From: a virus | Taxonomy: Duplodnaviria > Caudoviricetes | Virus record (IMG/VR): IMGVR_UViG_3300017963_000371 | Coordinates: 1-46,379 of that record | Direction: 5' to 3' (one strand) | Length of the DNA stretch: 46,379 nucleotides | Shown: piece after piece, positions 33,135 to 42,688 of the stretch | How the letters are laid out: every line of letters begins with the position of its first letter | Numbering within the stretch: position 1 is the first letter of the stretch | Notes under the pieces: generated by a model | The model's input: only the letters and a program-made list of their open reading frames with translations | Databases searched by the model: none | What the model was told of the DNA's origin: nothing | Translations under genes and position numbers: made by a program

Positions 33135-35620
33135 ATCTCCTTAGCTTTCTTAGTTGTCTTCTCTTTCACTCCTTCCCAGGTTTTTTCGAGCAGCTTTGCA
33201 ACTTTGCTACCCTCTTGATCCACCTGCTTGGATGTAAGATCTTTTCCATTCTTAAATCGCTTAAAAAGAGTTGTGTCCACTGGGATAACGAACTCTCTTC
33301 CGTGGGCAACAAGTGGAATTTCCAAGTTGGTTTTAATAAGCTTGACCATTTTGGCATGATCCTCCCAGCTAACTGGTCTAGTGGGGTGGGAAGGACTTGG
33401 GATTTGAAATTGTATCTCGTCATGGACTTGTCCTAGTAATTCAATTGGGCTGAATAATTCTGGGTTGTCATAGACATAGCTCATCCCTCTTTCATTGATA
33501 ACATCCCCAACGGTTCCCTGTGGAATACAAGAGTAAGCTTCTTTTAAAAGCATATGATTTATCTCTCCAAGGAACACAGTCTTTCTACCCATTAGGTTAG
33601 TTATGGTTCTGTTCTTGTAGAGTTGCGCCTTTATGCTATCATGATATATTTCTCGAACCTCTGGATAACCTTTGTGGTAGCTCCCCAAAAGAAACTGACC
33701 TTCCTTTTCTGGAATCTCTAGTTTTAGAGCTAGTGCTTTGTAACCAATGCCATAGTTAGAGCCATGATTTACTGGTTTAGCCCACTGGCGCTTGGTTTTA
33801 GTCCCATCTCCAAGATCGCACATAATCTTAGCAGTATCTTCTGCTTTAATTTCCTGCCAAGTACCACCAAAAATCATGCTGCCAGTTAAAGAATGTGTGT
33901 CTACCTCCTCTTCAAAGGCTTGAATCATCTTTCTTACTTTTCCTTGATAAGCAACGATTCTGTTTTCAGCATTAGAAAGATCCATAGCGTAACCAACATA
34001 GTGGGGATCCGTCATTAGACACCACAATAACACATGTGGCCAATTCTGCATGTTGGTGCCGGTGCCGAATATATTGCCTGAACTTGAAAGCCTACTGTAT
34101 CTAGTACCTACTGGATTATAAGAGCAACGAAGACGACCATCAGAATCAAACAACTCAGTTTTGACATAAGTGCCAAGTTGTTTCCTAAGTCTACGGATGT
34201 CTAGTATTTTTTCTGCTTCCTTTACCCCTTTTCTCTTCAGTCTTTTCATGGCTATGTTATTGTAGGAGATCTTACCTTTGTTCTTGTAAGGCGTGTAACC
34301 TAGCTTTCCATGAAAGTATTCTTTTAGCTGCTTAGGTGAGTTAGGATTTAGCTCTTGTCCTGCAAGCTCATCAAGCTCTTCTCGCTTTCTATGGATCTCG
34401 ACTTCTAGTTCTAGGCTCTTTTTCCTGATCCAATCAACATCAGCCTTGACTCCATGCTCTTGGAGGAATACCAAGGGTTCTATAATCCCTCGTTGACGAT
34501 CATATGTCACTAAATTCCCCTGCTCTTCAAGATCCTTGAGTTGAGACTTGAGGGCTATTCGACATACTAAGGAGTCCTTTGCATTGTAAGCCCATCTATT
34601 CTGCCATACACCATCCCAGTCTTTTCCTTCGTCTTTGTGAAATGGTAGTTCTGTATGTATGCTTGTTATGAATCCGAGATTTTTCTTGAAATCAGGACAA
34701 GCAACCTGCTGAGCTACCATAGTGTCATGACAATTAACAGGACAAATACCATAACGGTTTAAAAGAAAGCTGTTATCAAAAGAAAGGTTCTGACCTACCT
34801 TTTCTATCTTGGGATCTTCAAGGACTTTTGCTATTCCTTTCCAGATCTCTAGCTCCTGCTCAGAACTCCAGAGATTTCCTGATTCAGAGGAATAGAATGG
34901 AATACTAATAGCATGACGTGGCGTAGTAGAGAAGGAAATGCAATCTACTTGCTTTTTATACGCCTCGATGTCAAAAGCTATTAAAGTAGCTTTTGGTAGA
35001 ACAGAGTAGATGTAATGGAGAATTCTTGAATAAGGTGGATCTGTTTCAATGATGCATTTATAAGGGGTATAGGTTTTTTTCCTTGCTGCTCCCGCTGCGC
35101 GCTTTATGTCAAAACCTATGAGCCATTGATTTAGGTAGATGCATTGTGGTGGCAACACTGTTGACGGATGAAGACATGGTATAACCCATTTTCCTGGAAT
35201 TAGAGTTGATTCTATTACGCTTCCACGCCAATTATAGATTCCAGTTTTACCTGTTAATGCCTTGAGAGCGATCTCTCCACAGGCTACAATGAAATTTGAC
35301 TTGAGTTCTGATAGCTCCTGCTGAAGAGCAGAAACATATTGCTGCCCTTGCGGACGAAACTCATGTGCCTTGGAATCCCATCTGGATTGCCAAGCATTAT
35401 CAAGATCTTTGATTACATAGGTTAGATAGCAATCACTTTTTGTTAATCCTACTTGAGAAAGAGCTTTAGTTAGAATTCGTCCAGTTCCTCCAGCAAAGAG
35501 CTCCTTAACTTGAATTTCCCGATAGGTTGGATACTCTCCTACAATAGCTAGTTTTGCGCTGGCTAAGATTCCTGTTGGTGGAAGGAAAGAACCGGCGGAG
35601 AAGATATTAAGATTTGTCAT
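33131..35620 (-). CDS. Family A DNA polymerase with N-terminal UDG-like and 3'-5' exonuclease domains
   Basis: UDG4-like IVGEYP..E..F.G.TG, LHPS; exo FDIE, QNLSFD, YNAKD; pol motifs RLSSS, DLSNAENR, RQWAKPVNHGSNYG, QVHDEI. Confidence 0.92.
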   Translation of the reverse strand: MTNLNIFSAGSFLPPTGILASAKLAIVGEYPTYREIQVKELFAGGTGRILTKALSQVGLTKSDCYLTYVIKDLDNAWQSRWDSKAHEFRPQGQQYVSALQQELSELKSNFIVACGEIALKALTGKTGIYNWRGSVIESTLIPGKWVIPCLHPSTVLPPQCIYLNQWLIGFDIKRAAGAARKKTYTPYKCIIETDPPYSRILHYIYSVLPKATLIAFDIEAYKKQVDCISFSTTPRHAISIPFYSSESGNLWSSEQELEIWKGIAKVLEDPKIEKVGQNLSFDNSFLLNRYGICPVNCHDTMVAQQVACPDFKKNLGFITSIHTELPFHKDEGKDWDGVWQNRWAYNAKDSLVCRIALKSQLKDLEEQGNLVTYDRQRGIIEPLVFLQEHGVKADVDWIRKKSLELEVEIHRKREELDELAGQELNPNSPKQLKEYFHGKLGYTPYKNKGKISYNNIAMKRLKRKGVKEAEKILDIRRLRKQLGTYVKTELFDSDGRLRCSYNPVGTRYSRLSSSGNIFGTGTNMQNWPHVLLWCLMTDPHYVGYAMDLSNAENRIVAYQGKVRKMIQAFEEEVDTHSLTGSMIFGGTWQEIKAEDTAKIMCDLGDGTKTKRQWAKPVNHGSNYGIGYKALALKLEIPEKEGQFLLGSYHKGYPEVREIYHDSIKAQLYKNRTITNLMGRKTVFLGEINHMLLKEAYSCIPQGTVGDVINERGMSYVYDNPELFSPIELLGQVHDEIQFQIPSPSHPTRPVSWEDHAKMVKLIKTNLEIPLVAHGREFVIPVDTTLFKRFKNGKDLTSKQVDQEGSKVAKLLEKTWEGVKEKTTKKAKEM

Positions 35621-35752
35621 TCTTCAGTCTCTTCTCAAGATCTTTTTCTAGTTTCTTCATCACTCTTGCAAAGTTCTCCTCTGAGAAGGTAACAAAGAGA
35701 ACTTTTTCTAAAAGAGTACTTCGCACTTTCCAGTAGGTTTTATCTTTCTCAT

Positions 35753-35944
35753 TCATAACAACTCCTTTAATTCCCTCAACTCCTCTTGACTAAAAGAAAG
35801 AAGCATACTGATGTCAGTTTTCTCTTTGGCTTTTTTCTTCTTCTCGAAAGGGGCGACTCTTTGATTCTGAGAATGGATTATTAGGTCTAGCTGCTTCTGT
35901 TTTGATAAAGAAAGAAAGCTTGGCTTTAGTTCATCAGCTCTCAT
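35753..35944 (-). CDS. Hypothetical protein
   Basis: ORF in operon. Confidence 0.55.
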   Translation of the reverse strand: MRADELKPSFLSLSKQKQLDLIIHSQNQRVAPFEKKKKAKEKTDISMLLSFSQEELRELKELL

Positions 35945-36140
35945 TATGTTCCACCAATGCTATTGTTTTCTTTTCCAATAGATGAACTAGTTTCCATACT
36001 CCGATTTCCCTTATCTTTTCCACTACTAAGACTAACATTGGCGGGATTATTTTGACTAACGTCCCTCTTGGACAAAGTTCATGTAAAGCTTCCTTTGTAC
36101 TTACTGGAATGTCAGTTGTTAGTTTGGTTTTTCTAATCAC
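35934..36140 (-). CDS. Hypothetical protein, possible ribbon-helix-helix
   Basis: TKLTTDIPVSTKEALHELC strand-helix pattern. Confidence 0.45.
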   Translation of the reverse strand: MIRKTKLTTDIPVSTKEALHELCPRGTLVKIIPPMLVLVVEKIREIGVWKLVHLLEKKTIALVEHNES

Positions 36141-36142
36141 AA

Positions 36143-36175
36143 TAAAAAGAGCCAGAACTTTTCACTCTGGCTCTT
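36143..36175 (-). terminator. Rho-independent terminator after ssb
   Basis: Minus: AAGAGCCAGA-GTGAAAAGT-TCTGGCTCTT-TTTATT. Confidence 0.8.
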
Positions 36176-36187
36176 GGTTTGGTTAAC

Positions 36188-36610
36188 TCAATCAGCCGGA
36201 ATCCAGCGAGCTACTTTGTTCTGCTCCCCATACTGGTCTGAGATCTCAATTTTAAGTTTAGCTACTCCACCCAAACCAATAAGCTCATTCCAGTCTTCAA
36301 CGTCTTCAATTCCTAAACAGTGAAGAAAGCGTTTTACCTTCAAAGCAGACCACTGTCTTTTCTCAGGATCTGATTGATTTGGATCAACAGTTGGAACGAA
36401 CTCCTTGAATGGCAGATACAAACCTTCGTCATCACCATAAATTTTGCAGGTCATCATAACCCACGGACGCTCTTTGTCACTGGGATTCTGCTTCTTGCAT
36501 GTTCCCTTTTTTATCTCAACGATCTCAAACTCGACCGGCTCATCTCCACGATATACATCTGGTTCTGGTACATTCTCCAACTCTTCTTGACTAATTCCAA
36601 ACAATCCCAT
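36188..36610 (-). CDS. Single-stranded DNA-binding protein (DUF669-like OB fold)
   Basis: LKVKRFLHCLGI..LIG..G.AKL....YGEQNKV; downstream of Sak4-like ATPase. Confidence 0.7.
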   Translation of the reverse strand: MGLFGISQEELENVPEPDVYRGDEPVEFEIVEIKKGTCKKQNPSDKERPWVMMTCKIYGDDEGLYLPFKEFVPTVDPNQSDPEKRQWSALKVKRFLHCLGIEDVEDWNELIGLGGVAKLKIEISDQYGEQNKVARWIPAD

Positions 36611-36622
36611 GCTAATCTCCCG

Positions 36623-37411
36623 TTAAATAATTTTAGCTTTTTTCATTATTACCTCTAAGTCTGGCGTCTCGTAGGGTTCTAACAGCCCATTTGCACTTAG
36701 CCTTGATCGCGCTAAGTTTACGCCAGTCGACTGCGTTAAAATTCGATAGTCTGCCCCTCCTTTTAATTTCTTTTTTGGATCCATTACCCAGACTTCATCG
36801 AAGAGTCCTGGAAGGATGGTTGAATGATCTCCAGTAGCCATAAGACGTTTTTCTACTTGCTTGGTCACCTCGTCTTGTAATATTTTTAGATGACCAGTTA
36901 CGATTACACTGCAAGGAAGACTAAGCATCTTTGACATACAACGCATTACGTGCTGTTTTTGTGGTGTGTAATCATGTTTCCAACGCGGGGCTTCTCCTGG
37001 AATGCCAGCTTTTTTCAACACATCATACATTGCAGCCCTAGAAAAACTGGTAAATGAGTCTAACATATACCAGCCAATGTGATCAAAGTATCCTCCTTTG
37101 GCTCTACGATCAAATTCTTTTTCCCACTCGGTAAAAGCGGTAGGATTCATTACGTCGTCATTTTCCCAAGAGTCATCGATAAGAATGTCCCCTGACTCTG
37201 CCCATGAGCGAAGGCCGACAGATCCTCCTGGATCGAAACTATCCACATGACATGGTTTTTCTTTTGGTGCTGTAGATAGAAGAAATGTTTTTCCTGACCC
37301 TGTTTCTCCAGTAAGAAGGACATTTACTTTCTTTCTTTTGGCCTTGAATTTCTCTCTGAGCTTTGCTTGCTCAGCAGTGAAATCTAGTTTTTTGCTTACA
37401 CGTCTATCCAT
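36623..37411 (-). CDS. AAA_24 / Sak4-like ATPase (recombinase)
   Basis: LLTGETGSGKT, MLDSFT, VIVTGH, LPGLFDEV. Confidence 0.85.
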   Translation of the reverse strand: MDRRVSKKLDFTAEQAKLREKFKAKRKKVNVLLTGETGSGKTFLLSTAPKEKPCHVDSFDPGGSVGLRSWAESGDILIDDSWENDDVMNPTAFTEWEKEFDRRAKGGYFDHIGWYMLDSFTSFSRAAMYDVLKKAGIPGEAPRWKHDYTPQKQHVMRCMSKMLSLPCSVIVTGHLKILQDEVTKQVEKRLMATGDHSTILPGLFDEVWVMDPKKKLKGGADYRILTQSTGVNLARSRLSANGLLEPYETPDLEVIMKKAKII

Positions 37412-38172
37412 TTTGTTCCTTTTTCTTGGGTTGCTATTTTGACTTTCATCTTGCTGGATCTCTTCTTATACTTGTGCTGAAGCTTTCCAATCTCTATGAT
37501 TGAATTGGCTTTGTTAGAGATGTGTCCAAGAACTACTGTATGAGTTCTTTCTGAAGTTAGTTCATATAATAATTCTTTGATATCTTGATTAGACAAATGC
37601 CCCAAGTGACTCCTAATTCTATCTTGAAGCCACTCAGGATATTCGGACTCTAGTAGAAGCTGTTCGTCATAGTTAGCCTCAGTTATCACCACGTCGCTAG
37701 TGGCGAAACGGCTAAATATCAACTCATCCAATTTACCACAATCTGTGCAGTAAGTCAAGCGTTTTCCAGTAGGCTGATGGAAAATCATAAAGCCTGTTGG
37801 ATTCACTGCATCATGATGGATTTTGAATGGGAGAATCTGGCAGTCTCCAATAGCAAAAACATCCTCATGAGAGAAGAAGTTTAATTTTGGAATCTTCTTT
37901 ACCTTTATTTCGCTTGCTGCATGGGTTAACTCATTAAACCAGACAGGAATATCATAACGACGCGCGATTATTCCTGCTCCTTTTATGTGGTCTCCATGTT
38001 CGTGGGTTATTAGGATTCCTTTTAGGTTAATTATTGGGAAGCCTCTTAGCAGGAGACGACGCTCTAATTCCTTACCAGAAAAGCCAGCATCTATTAGAAA
38101 TGCTGTTTCTGAGGTTTGAACTAGAACGCTGTTGCCAACTGAACCGGAGCCTAAGACTGTGAATCTGAACAT
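37396..38172 (-). CDS. MBL-fold metallohydrolase (YycJ/WalJ-like nuclease)
   Basis: LGSGSVGNS, LIDAG, ITHEHGDHIKG, HDA, TDCG, EANYD, GHLSN, LGHIS. Confidence 0.92.
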   Translation of the reverse strand: MFRFTVLGSGSVGNSVLVQTSETAFLIDAGFSGKELERRLLLRGFPIINLKGILITHEHGDHIKGAGIIARRYDIPVWFNELTHAASEIKVKKIPKLNFFSHEDVFAIGDCQILPFKIHHDAVNPTGFMIFHQPTGKRLTYCTDCGKLDELIFSRFATSDVVITEANYDEQLLLESEYPEWLQDRIRSHLGHLSNQDIKELLYELTSERTHTVVLGHISNKANSIIEIGKLQHKYKKRSSKMKVKIATQEKGTKWIDV

Positions 38173-38339
38173 AGGTTAACGTCCTTTTCCCAGATGTACC
38201 AATGCACTAAGAAGGCTTGGGTTTTAGTTGCTTCATTATCAAGTACGTAATTAAAGCAGCTCAATTTTCCATATGCTCTTTTAGCTAGTAGCAAGTACTC
38301 GAACACTTTCTTCCCACTCCAATCAATTCCTCTTTTCAT
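38151..38339 (-). CDS. Hypothetical protein
   Basis: GAGG RBS, overlapping operon gene. Confidence 0.5.
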   Translation of the reverse strand: MKRGIDWSGKKVFEYLLLAKRAYGKLSCFNYVLDNEATKTQAFLVHWYIWEKDVNLCSDSQS

Positions 38340-38541
38340 GCCTCACCCATTCTATTATTCGTGCATACCAAGGCTTAACTTCTGCTATAATTTCATCTTT
38401 CCAAACCGACCAACGTGGATCATCCGCAGTAGCAAAGTAAGCAAAATTTGTAGCCACAAAAAGGCATTGTGCTTTTTCGATCTCACCATTGATGTTTGTT
38501 ACCCAATAGTACTTACCTTCTTTTGGTTCGATTTCTTTCAT
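38323..38541 (-). CDS. Hypothetical protein
   Basis: GAGG RBS; PKEGKYYWV. Confidence 0.55.
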   Translation of the reverse strand: MKEIEPKEGKYYWVTNINGEIEKAQCLFVATNFAYFATADDPRWSVWKDEIIAEVKPWYARIIEWVRHEKRN

Positions 38542-38667
38542 CTAGGCACCTCAAAATACATAGTCGCCTTAACTCTTCCAGCTCTCCAGAAGATTCTCAC
38601 TGTTTCATAGCAGAAACCAAGAGAATAGATAGGAAACAATGCTGACAGCCAATTCTTTTTAGCTTTC

Positions 38668-38934
38668 TTAGTCATGATTTAATGCCTCGTAGTTGAGTTC
38701 GTCTAGTTTTTCGTTTAGGGCATCAAGAATTTTCTGCGCATATAGAGCTTTTGGGAGCCAATTTTTTGCCCTATCCCATCTAGCATACCAAAGCTTACAG
38801 ACATCAGTATCTCTGATAGGACAGGTAGCACAAGAGGCCCGATATTCCCGGCACAATGGGCATAGATCTCTGTGTTCAATTCCAAGTGCTCTATCTTCCC
38901 AGATTTCAATTGATCTTATTAGCGCTGAGCTCAT
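38668..38934 (-). CDS. Cys-rich (Zn-binding) phage protein
   Basis: LCPLC...SCATCPI; ATGA overlap with ligase stop, GGAG RBS. Confidence 0.65.
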   Translation of the reverse strand: MSSALIRSIEIWEDRALGIEHRDLCPLCREYRASCATCPIRDTDVCKLWYARWDRAKNWLPKALYAQKILDALNEKLDELNYEALNHD

Positions 38935-39815
38935 GTCAAACTCCAAATAGATTTTATCTCTGTATCCTTCACTCGGCCAAACTTTGGAACTCCATTCTTG
39001 TTTTTGTGCTGGTAATGTACAGTTAGAGTCTTCCCTATGACAGCATCTTTTCCATGAGTGCGAACCAATTCCCATAATTGCTTCCTAGTAAAATCACTAA
39101 GACCGCTATACACGTCAAAAATGTCACCAGTATCCGAGCCAACAACAAAATTACCCAGTTGGTTTTTTGGTTCGCCATTTATTGTATGCTCCTCCTTGAC
39201 GTCAATAATTTTATAATCATCTTTCTGCTTCGGTTTGAATTTCATGACGTTTGTGGAACGCCGTCTGATATATGGAGCATGTGGATGGCGAATTATTATT
39301 CCTTCGTAGCCACTAGAACAAAATGAATCATATTGTTTAATTAACTCTTCAAGATCATTCACTACGGTTGTGAATACTCTCCCAATGATTTCAGATTCTA
39401 TTGTCCCAAACCAATTACAAAGCTTAGTGATTCTTTCTACTTGGGTATCCTTTTCATCAGTGGCTATGTCAAAGACATGGAACTCAATGTCCTCATGCTT
39501 TTGATGAAGGTTAACCGTTCGACTGACGATTGAATGAATATCCTCAAATTCCATTCCGTGACAGTAGAGTTCTCCATCTAATTCATAAGGACAGTTTAGC
39601 CGTTTTAGTTCCTCTTGGATATGGGGCACTGAATAGATGATATCTTCGGTTGAGGAGAGCAATAAGCCATTCTTGTATCTGCACCTCTCACCGTCTAGTT
39701 TAGGTTGCACTATTACCGGCCACTGGTTCCATGCATTTCTCCAGCCTCCTTGGAGTCGCTTTTCTTCAAAGGGATAGCAGAGCATGGAACCAATACGCTT
39801 TCTAGTGTGATACAT
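38931..39815 (-). CDS. lig: ATP-dependent DNA ligase
   Basis: QPKLDGER (KxDG), LDGELY, FHVFDI, YEGIIIR, MKFK; start uncertain (39857/39815/39785). Confidence 0.93.
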   Translation of the reverse strand: MYHTRKRIGSMLCYPFEEKRLQGGWRNAWNQWPVIVQPKLDGERCRYKNGLLLSSTEDIIYSVPHIQEELKRLNCPYELDGELYCHGMEFEDIHSIVSRTVNLHQKHEDIEFHVFDIATDEKDTQVERITKLCNWFGTIESEIIGRVFTTVVNDLEELIKQYDSFCSSGYEGIIIRHPHAPYIRRRSTNVMKFKPKQKDDYKIIDVKEEHTINGEPKNQLGNFVVGSDTGDIFDVYSGLSDFTRKQLWELVRTHGKDAVIGKTLTVHYQHKNKNGVPKFGRVKDTEIKSIWSLT

Positions 39816-39946
39816 TTTTTCTCTCTGCGACTTTTCTTGCTTTTTCGAGAGCAGCACTAAGAGCCGTAAGTTCTTGCATTCTACGGTAGGGCCAGTTGTT
39901 CCTAGGAAAAATAAATGCCATACGTACGCTAATACTGCTTAGCTTA

Positions 39947-40288
39947 TTATCCATTTGCTAATACCTTCTTTATTGCCTCAGTAGTTCCGATTCCTCCAGC
40001 AAACCACCGGCCATTAGAAAAGAATAGCTTTCTTCCTATTCTTCCCAAAAGAACTTGGTCCCCAGCAAAAGACGGCTTAAAATAGATGCTTCCAGATCGT
40101 GGAGTGAAAGAGTCAAATTTGTACGCGGAACCAGTTTTTGTTACAAGAAACTCACCTTCTCTTATTAGCTCAGGGATTGTGTCTAAATCTAATGATTCTA
40201 AGTAAACTCTAGTAATAGCCTCCACTCCTGTTAAGCTATTTCGCGGACGTATATAGGATAATATTTCTTCTTCAGTTAGCTTATTCAT
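39947..40288 (-). CDS. Hypothetical protein
   Basis: GGAG RBS, in operon. Confidence 0.6.
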   Translation of the reverse strand: MNKLTEEEILSYIRPRNSLTGVEAITRVYLESLDLDTIPELIREGEFLVTKTGSAYKFDSFTPRSGSIYFKPSFAGDQVLLGRIGRKLFFSNGRWFAGGIGTTEAIKKVLANG

Positions 40289-40562
40289 TAGTCACTCCCT
40301 TTACAACTCGTACAGCTTTGTCTATACAAGCTTGTTGGACTTCTAGGTATTCATCTTCTCTTCGTGTAGTCCAGTTATGCCTAGTAGACCGAAAATACGG
40401 ATTTTCGGTTGAGTAAAACCTATGTTGGTTAATATGTACATTTGAATGATCTATAAGAAAATCAACTCTTCTTAAATCTATCCCATGATATGGTTCTTCG
40501 AAGACATAGGTTTTATCTAAAGGCTTGTATATAAACTCTAGTGCTTCTTTCTCAGTTTTCAC
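40281..40562 (-). CDS. Hypothetical protein
   Basis: ORF in operon. Confidence 0.55.
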   Translation of the reverse strand: MKTEKEALEFIYKPLDKTYVFEEPYHGIDLRRVDFLIDHSNVHINQHRFYSTENPYFRSTRHNWTTRREDEYLEVQQACIDKAVRVVKGVTNE

Positions 40563-40905
40563 TCTTACATCTCGGGCATTTTGGAAGAAGAACTATTTTA
40601 GATTCCATTACTTTTCTCGGAACCCACTTCACAGTTCCGCACTGAGTGCAGACACAGAGATTCCACAAGCCTTGTTCTCTATTAAGTTCATTCTGACACT
40701 CTTCACAGACACTAAGAGAAATATAACTTCCTTGAAAAGGAATGCACACTACATTAATCGTTCTGTGATTCTCTCCTGTTGGATCATTCTTGTGATCAAC
40801 GTCACAGCAGCTACCATGATGATCAAGAGCTATTGAAAATTGATCTTCTTCACTTAGGTTCTTTCTATGCTTCTGGAATTCTTTTTCCTTCTTCATAATG
40901 TTCAC
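40552..40905 (-). CDS. Zn-ribbon-type Cys-rich protein
   Basis: CEEC, CTQC, CPRC. Confidence 0.6.
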   Translation of the reverse strand: MNIMKKEKEFQKHRKNLSEEDQFSIALDHHGSCCDVDHKNDPTGENHRTINVVCIPFQGSYISLSVCEECQNELNREQGLWNLCVCTQCGTVKWVPRKVMESKIVLLPKCPRCKSEN

Positions 40906-41200
40906 AATTGAAATTTTGGTTTAAGGTGTCCCAATCCTGAACTCTCGTAGTCTCTGTAAGGTTTCCCAGAAATGGGTGCTTGGTTGTTTTAGTCTCAAAA
41001 CAACTTTCATGATGACATGTAGGCTCTGGAGGAGTTAAGTCACTGAACCTCTTTATATTAATGTTTGCTGCCCTATTACGGCGTTCTATCGCACACCTTA
41101 GCTTCTGATTACTATGAACACAGTCTTTACAGAATTTCTTTTTCTCTTTCAATTTCTCTATAATCCCATCATTAAGCATAGCTTCTTTCAAATAATCCAT
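40865..41200 (-). CDS. Cys-containing hypothetical protein
   Basis: FCKDCVH...NQNFNCEHY; AAGGA RBS. Confidence 0.6.
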   Translation of the reverse strand: MDYLKEAMLNDGIIEKLKEKKKFCKDCVHSNQKLRCAIERRNRAANINIKRFSDLTPPEPTCHHESCFETKTTKHPFLGNLTETTRVQDWDTLNQNFNCEHYEEGKRIPEA

Positions 41201-41201
41201 C

Positions 41202-42170
41202 TTAAAATCCTTCCATTAGTTGAATTGCTGGAATTTCCAGTGACTGCTGCGGTCCGAACTCCTTATGAAAAAGCTGAGCTTTTGTTGCTCTTATACTAGC
41301 CCACGCAGCATCTTTACTCCAAGCATCTGGTGCGGCTATTGTTGGCATGATTTCAATAGTCACCCCATTGTGATCGGTGAGTCCGGGAGGATAAAGTTTT
41401 CCTTCTTTATGAAGATGCCCTTTTCTCAATAGCTTCCTTCTAACTCCTATTATATCGTGATCAATGATATGTGTTAAAAGTTGATCCACTAACCTAGTTG
41501 CCGGAGCTGTATCGCCATGATGATAACCAAAGAATGAGATCCCCCACTGGTTGAACTTCATCTTGTGCTGAGAGTCATTTATAACTACCCTTTTCTCATT
41601 TCGATACCCAAATTTTAACAGTGCTTGAAGCCAGATGGCACTATGGTAATCATGATTACCAAATACAACTATTACTTTGACTTTCTGTGCGTGCTGAAGA
41701 GCTAGGTCAATAGCAGCACAAAAGGTTTCGATGGTATAGTCGACTGCTTTTGGATACCGACCATCCACGTCAACTTTATTATGCCCTCTTTCAGTTTCGT
41801 TACTTCTGTTATCAGAGTGCTGGTTGTCTCCAAGAAGGACTAAAACTATTTCCTCAAGATCATTGAAGACACTGAAGATGCGCTCTGAGGCTCTTTGCAC
41901 TAGTTCTTTAGCAATCTTCAGATTATAGTTTGCTCCTGTCTGCTTTGCCCAAGAATGCATTCCCATGTGGGTGTCAGCTATGCACCATTCGAGCATTAAG
42001 TTTTTGTTACTAGTTTTTGGTGGAGCAAATTTCCGTTTGAAGGTTGGTTTGTTTTTTCTGAGTGCTGCTATTAAATCATCTGTGTTGAAACCATCAGCCT
42101 TAGATCTGACCCACTCGCGGACTACATTGCCTTCTTTGTCAAATTGTTGCGTTCTCGCTACTTCTACCAT
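41202..42170 (-). CDS. Calcineurin-like metallophosphoesterase
   Basis: IADTHMG, LGD, GNHD, HHGD, GHLH; GGAGG RBS. Confidence 0.9.
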   Translation of the reverse strand: MVEVARTQQFDKEGNVVREWVRSKADGFNTDDLIAALRKNKPTFKRKFAPPKTSNKNLMLEWCIADTHMGMHSWAKQTGANYNLKIAKELVQRASERIFSVFNDLEEIVLVLLGDNQHSDNRSNETERGHNKVDVDGRYPKAVDYTIETFCAAIDLALQHAQKVKVIVVFGNHDYHSAIWLQALLKFGYRNEKRVVINDSQHKMKFNQWGISFFGYHHGDTAPATRLVDQLLTHIIDHDIIGVRRKLLRKGHLHKEGKLYPPGLTDHNGVTIEIMPTIAAPDAWSKDAAWASIRATKAQLFHKEFGPQQSLEIPAIQLMEGF

Positions 42171-42204
42171 TTAAACCCTCCTTTACCTGGGTTAATTTCT
42201 CGAT

Positions 42205-42243
42205 AAAAAAGCCAGTCCAGAGACTTTCACATCCTGGACTGGC
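42205..42243 (-). terminator. Rho-independent terminator
   Basis: Minus: GCCAGTCCAG-GATGTGAAAGTCT-CTGGACTGGC-TTTTTT. Confidence 0.85.
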
Positions 42244-42306
42244 AACAAGAAGGTCTAGCTGTGATCTGACTCATGATCAGAACAGGGAACTAGACACGGC
42301 TGTTTC

Positions 42307-42651
42307 TTAGACTTCCAGAGCAGCAAGCATTTTACGAAGCGCCTGTTTCTCCTCTTCTGTTCCTTCGGTGGCTACCTTGTGGCATTTATTCAGGAACTCT
42401 GCTTTCGGATCCCTTTTTGCCTTCGGGTAAACCTTTCCAGGATACCATTCGTTCACGATGCCCTGAATCTCAGCTACTTCCTTCCCTTCTTTTATGGCTT
42501 TGCGAATAACGGCTTGTACTTTGGATTTGGCCGTTGCCAAGAACATTTCATGAACAACCTGTTCTCCAACATTTTCCATCTCCATCAATTCAACTACACC
42601 ATAATCAAGAATTCCTACTTCTACTTCTACTCCTTTAGCTCCTACTTTCAT
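42307..42651 (-). CDS. Hypothetical protein in its own transcription unit
   Basis: Own promoter, AGGAG RBS and terminator. Confidence 0.8.
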   Translation of the reverse strand: MKVGAKGVEVEVGILDYGVVELMEMENVGEQVVHEMFLATAKSKVQAVIRKAIKEGKEVAEIQGIVNEWYPGKVYPKAKRDPKAEFLNKCHKVATEGTEEEKQALRKMLAALEV

Positions 42652-42688
42652 TGTGTTCTCCTGTTGGTTTTGGGTTTTAGTGTAAGGT

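Noticed and set aside
33131-35620. DpoZ / modified-base genome
   Set aside because: No purZ, datZ, dUTPase, thymidylate-modifying or queuosine-pathway genes recognised
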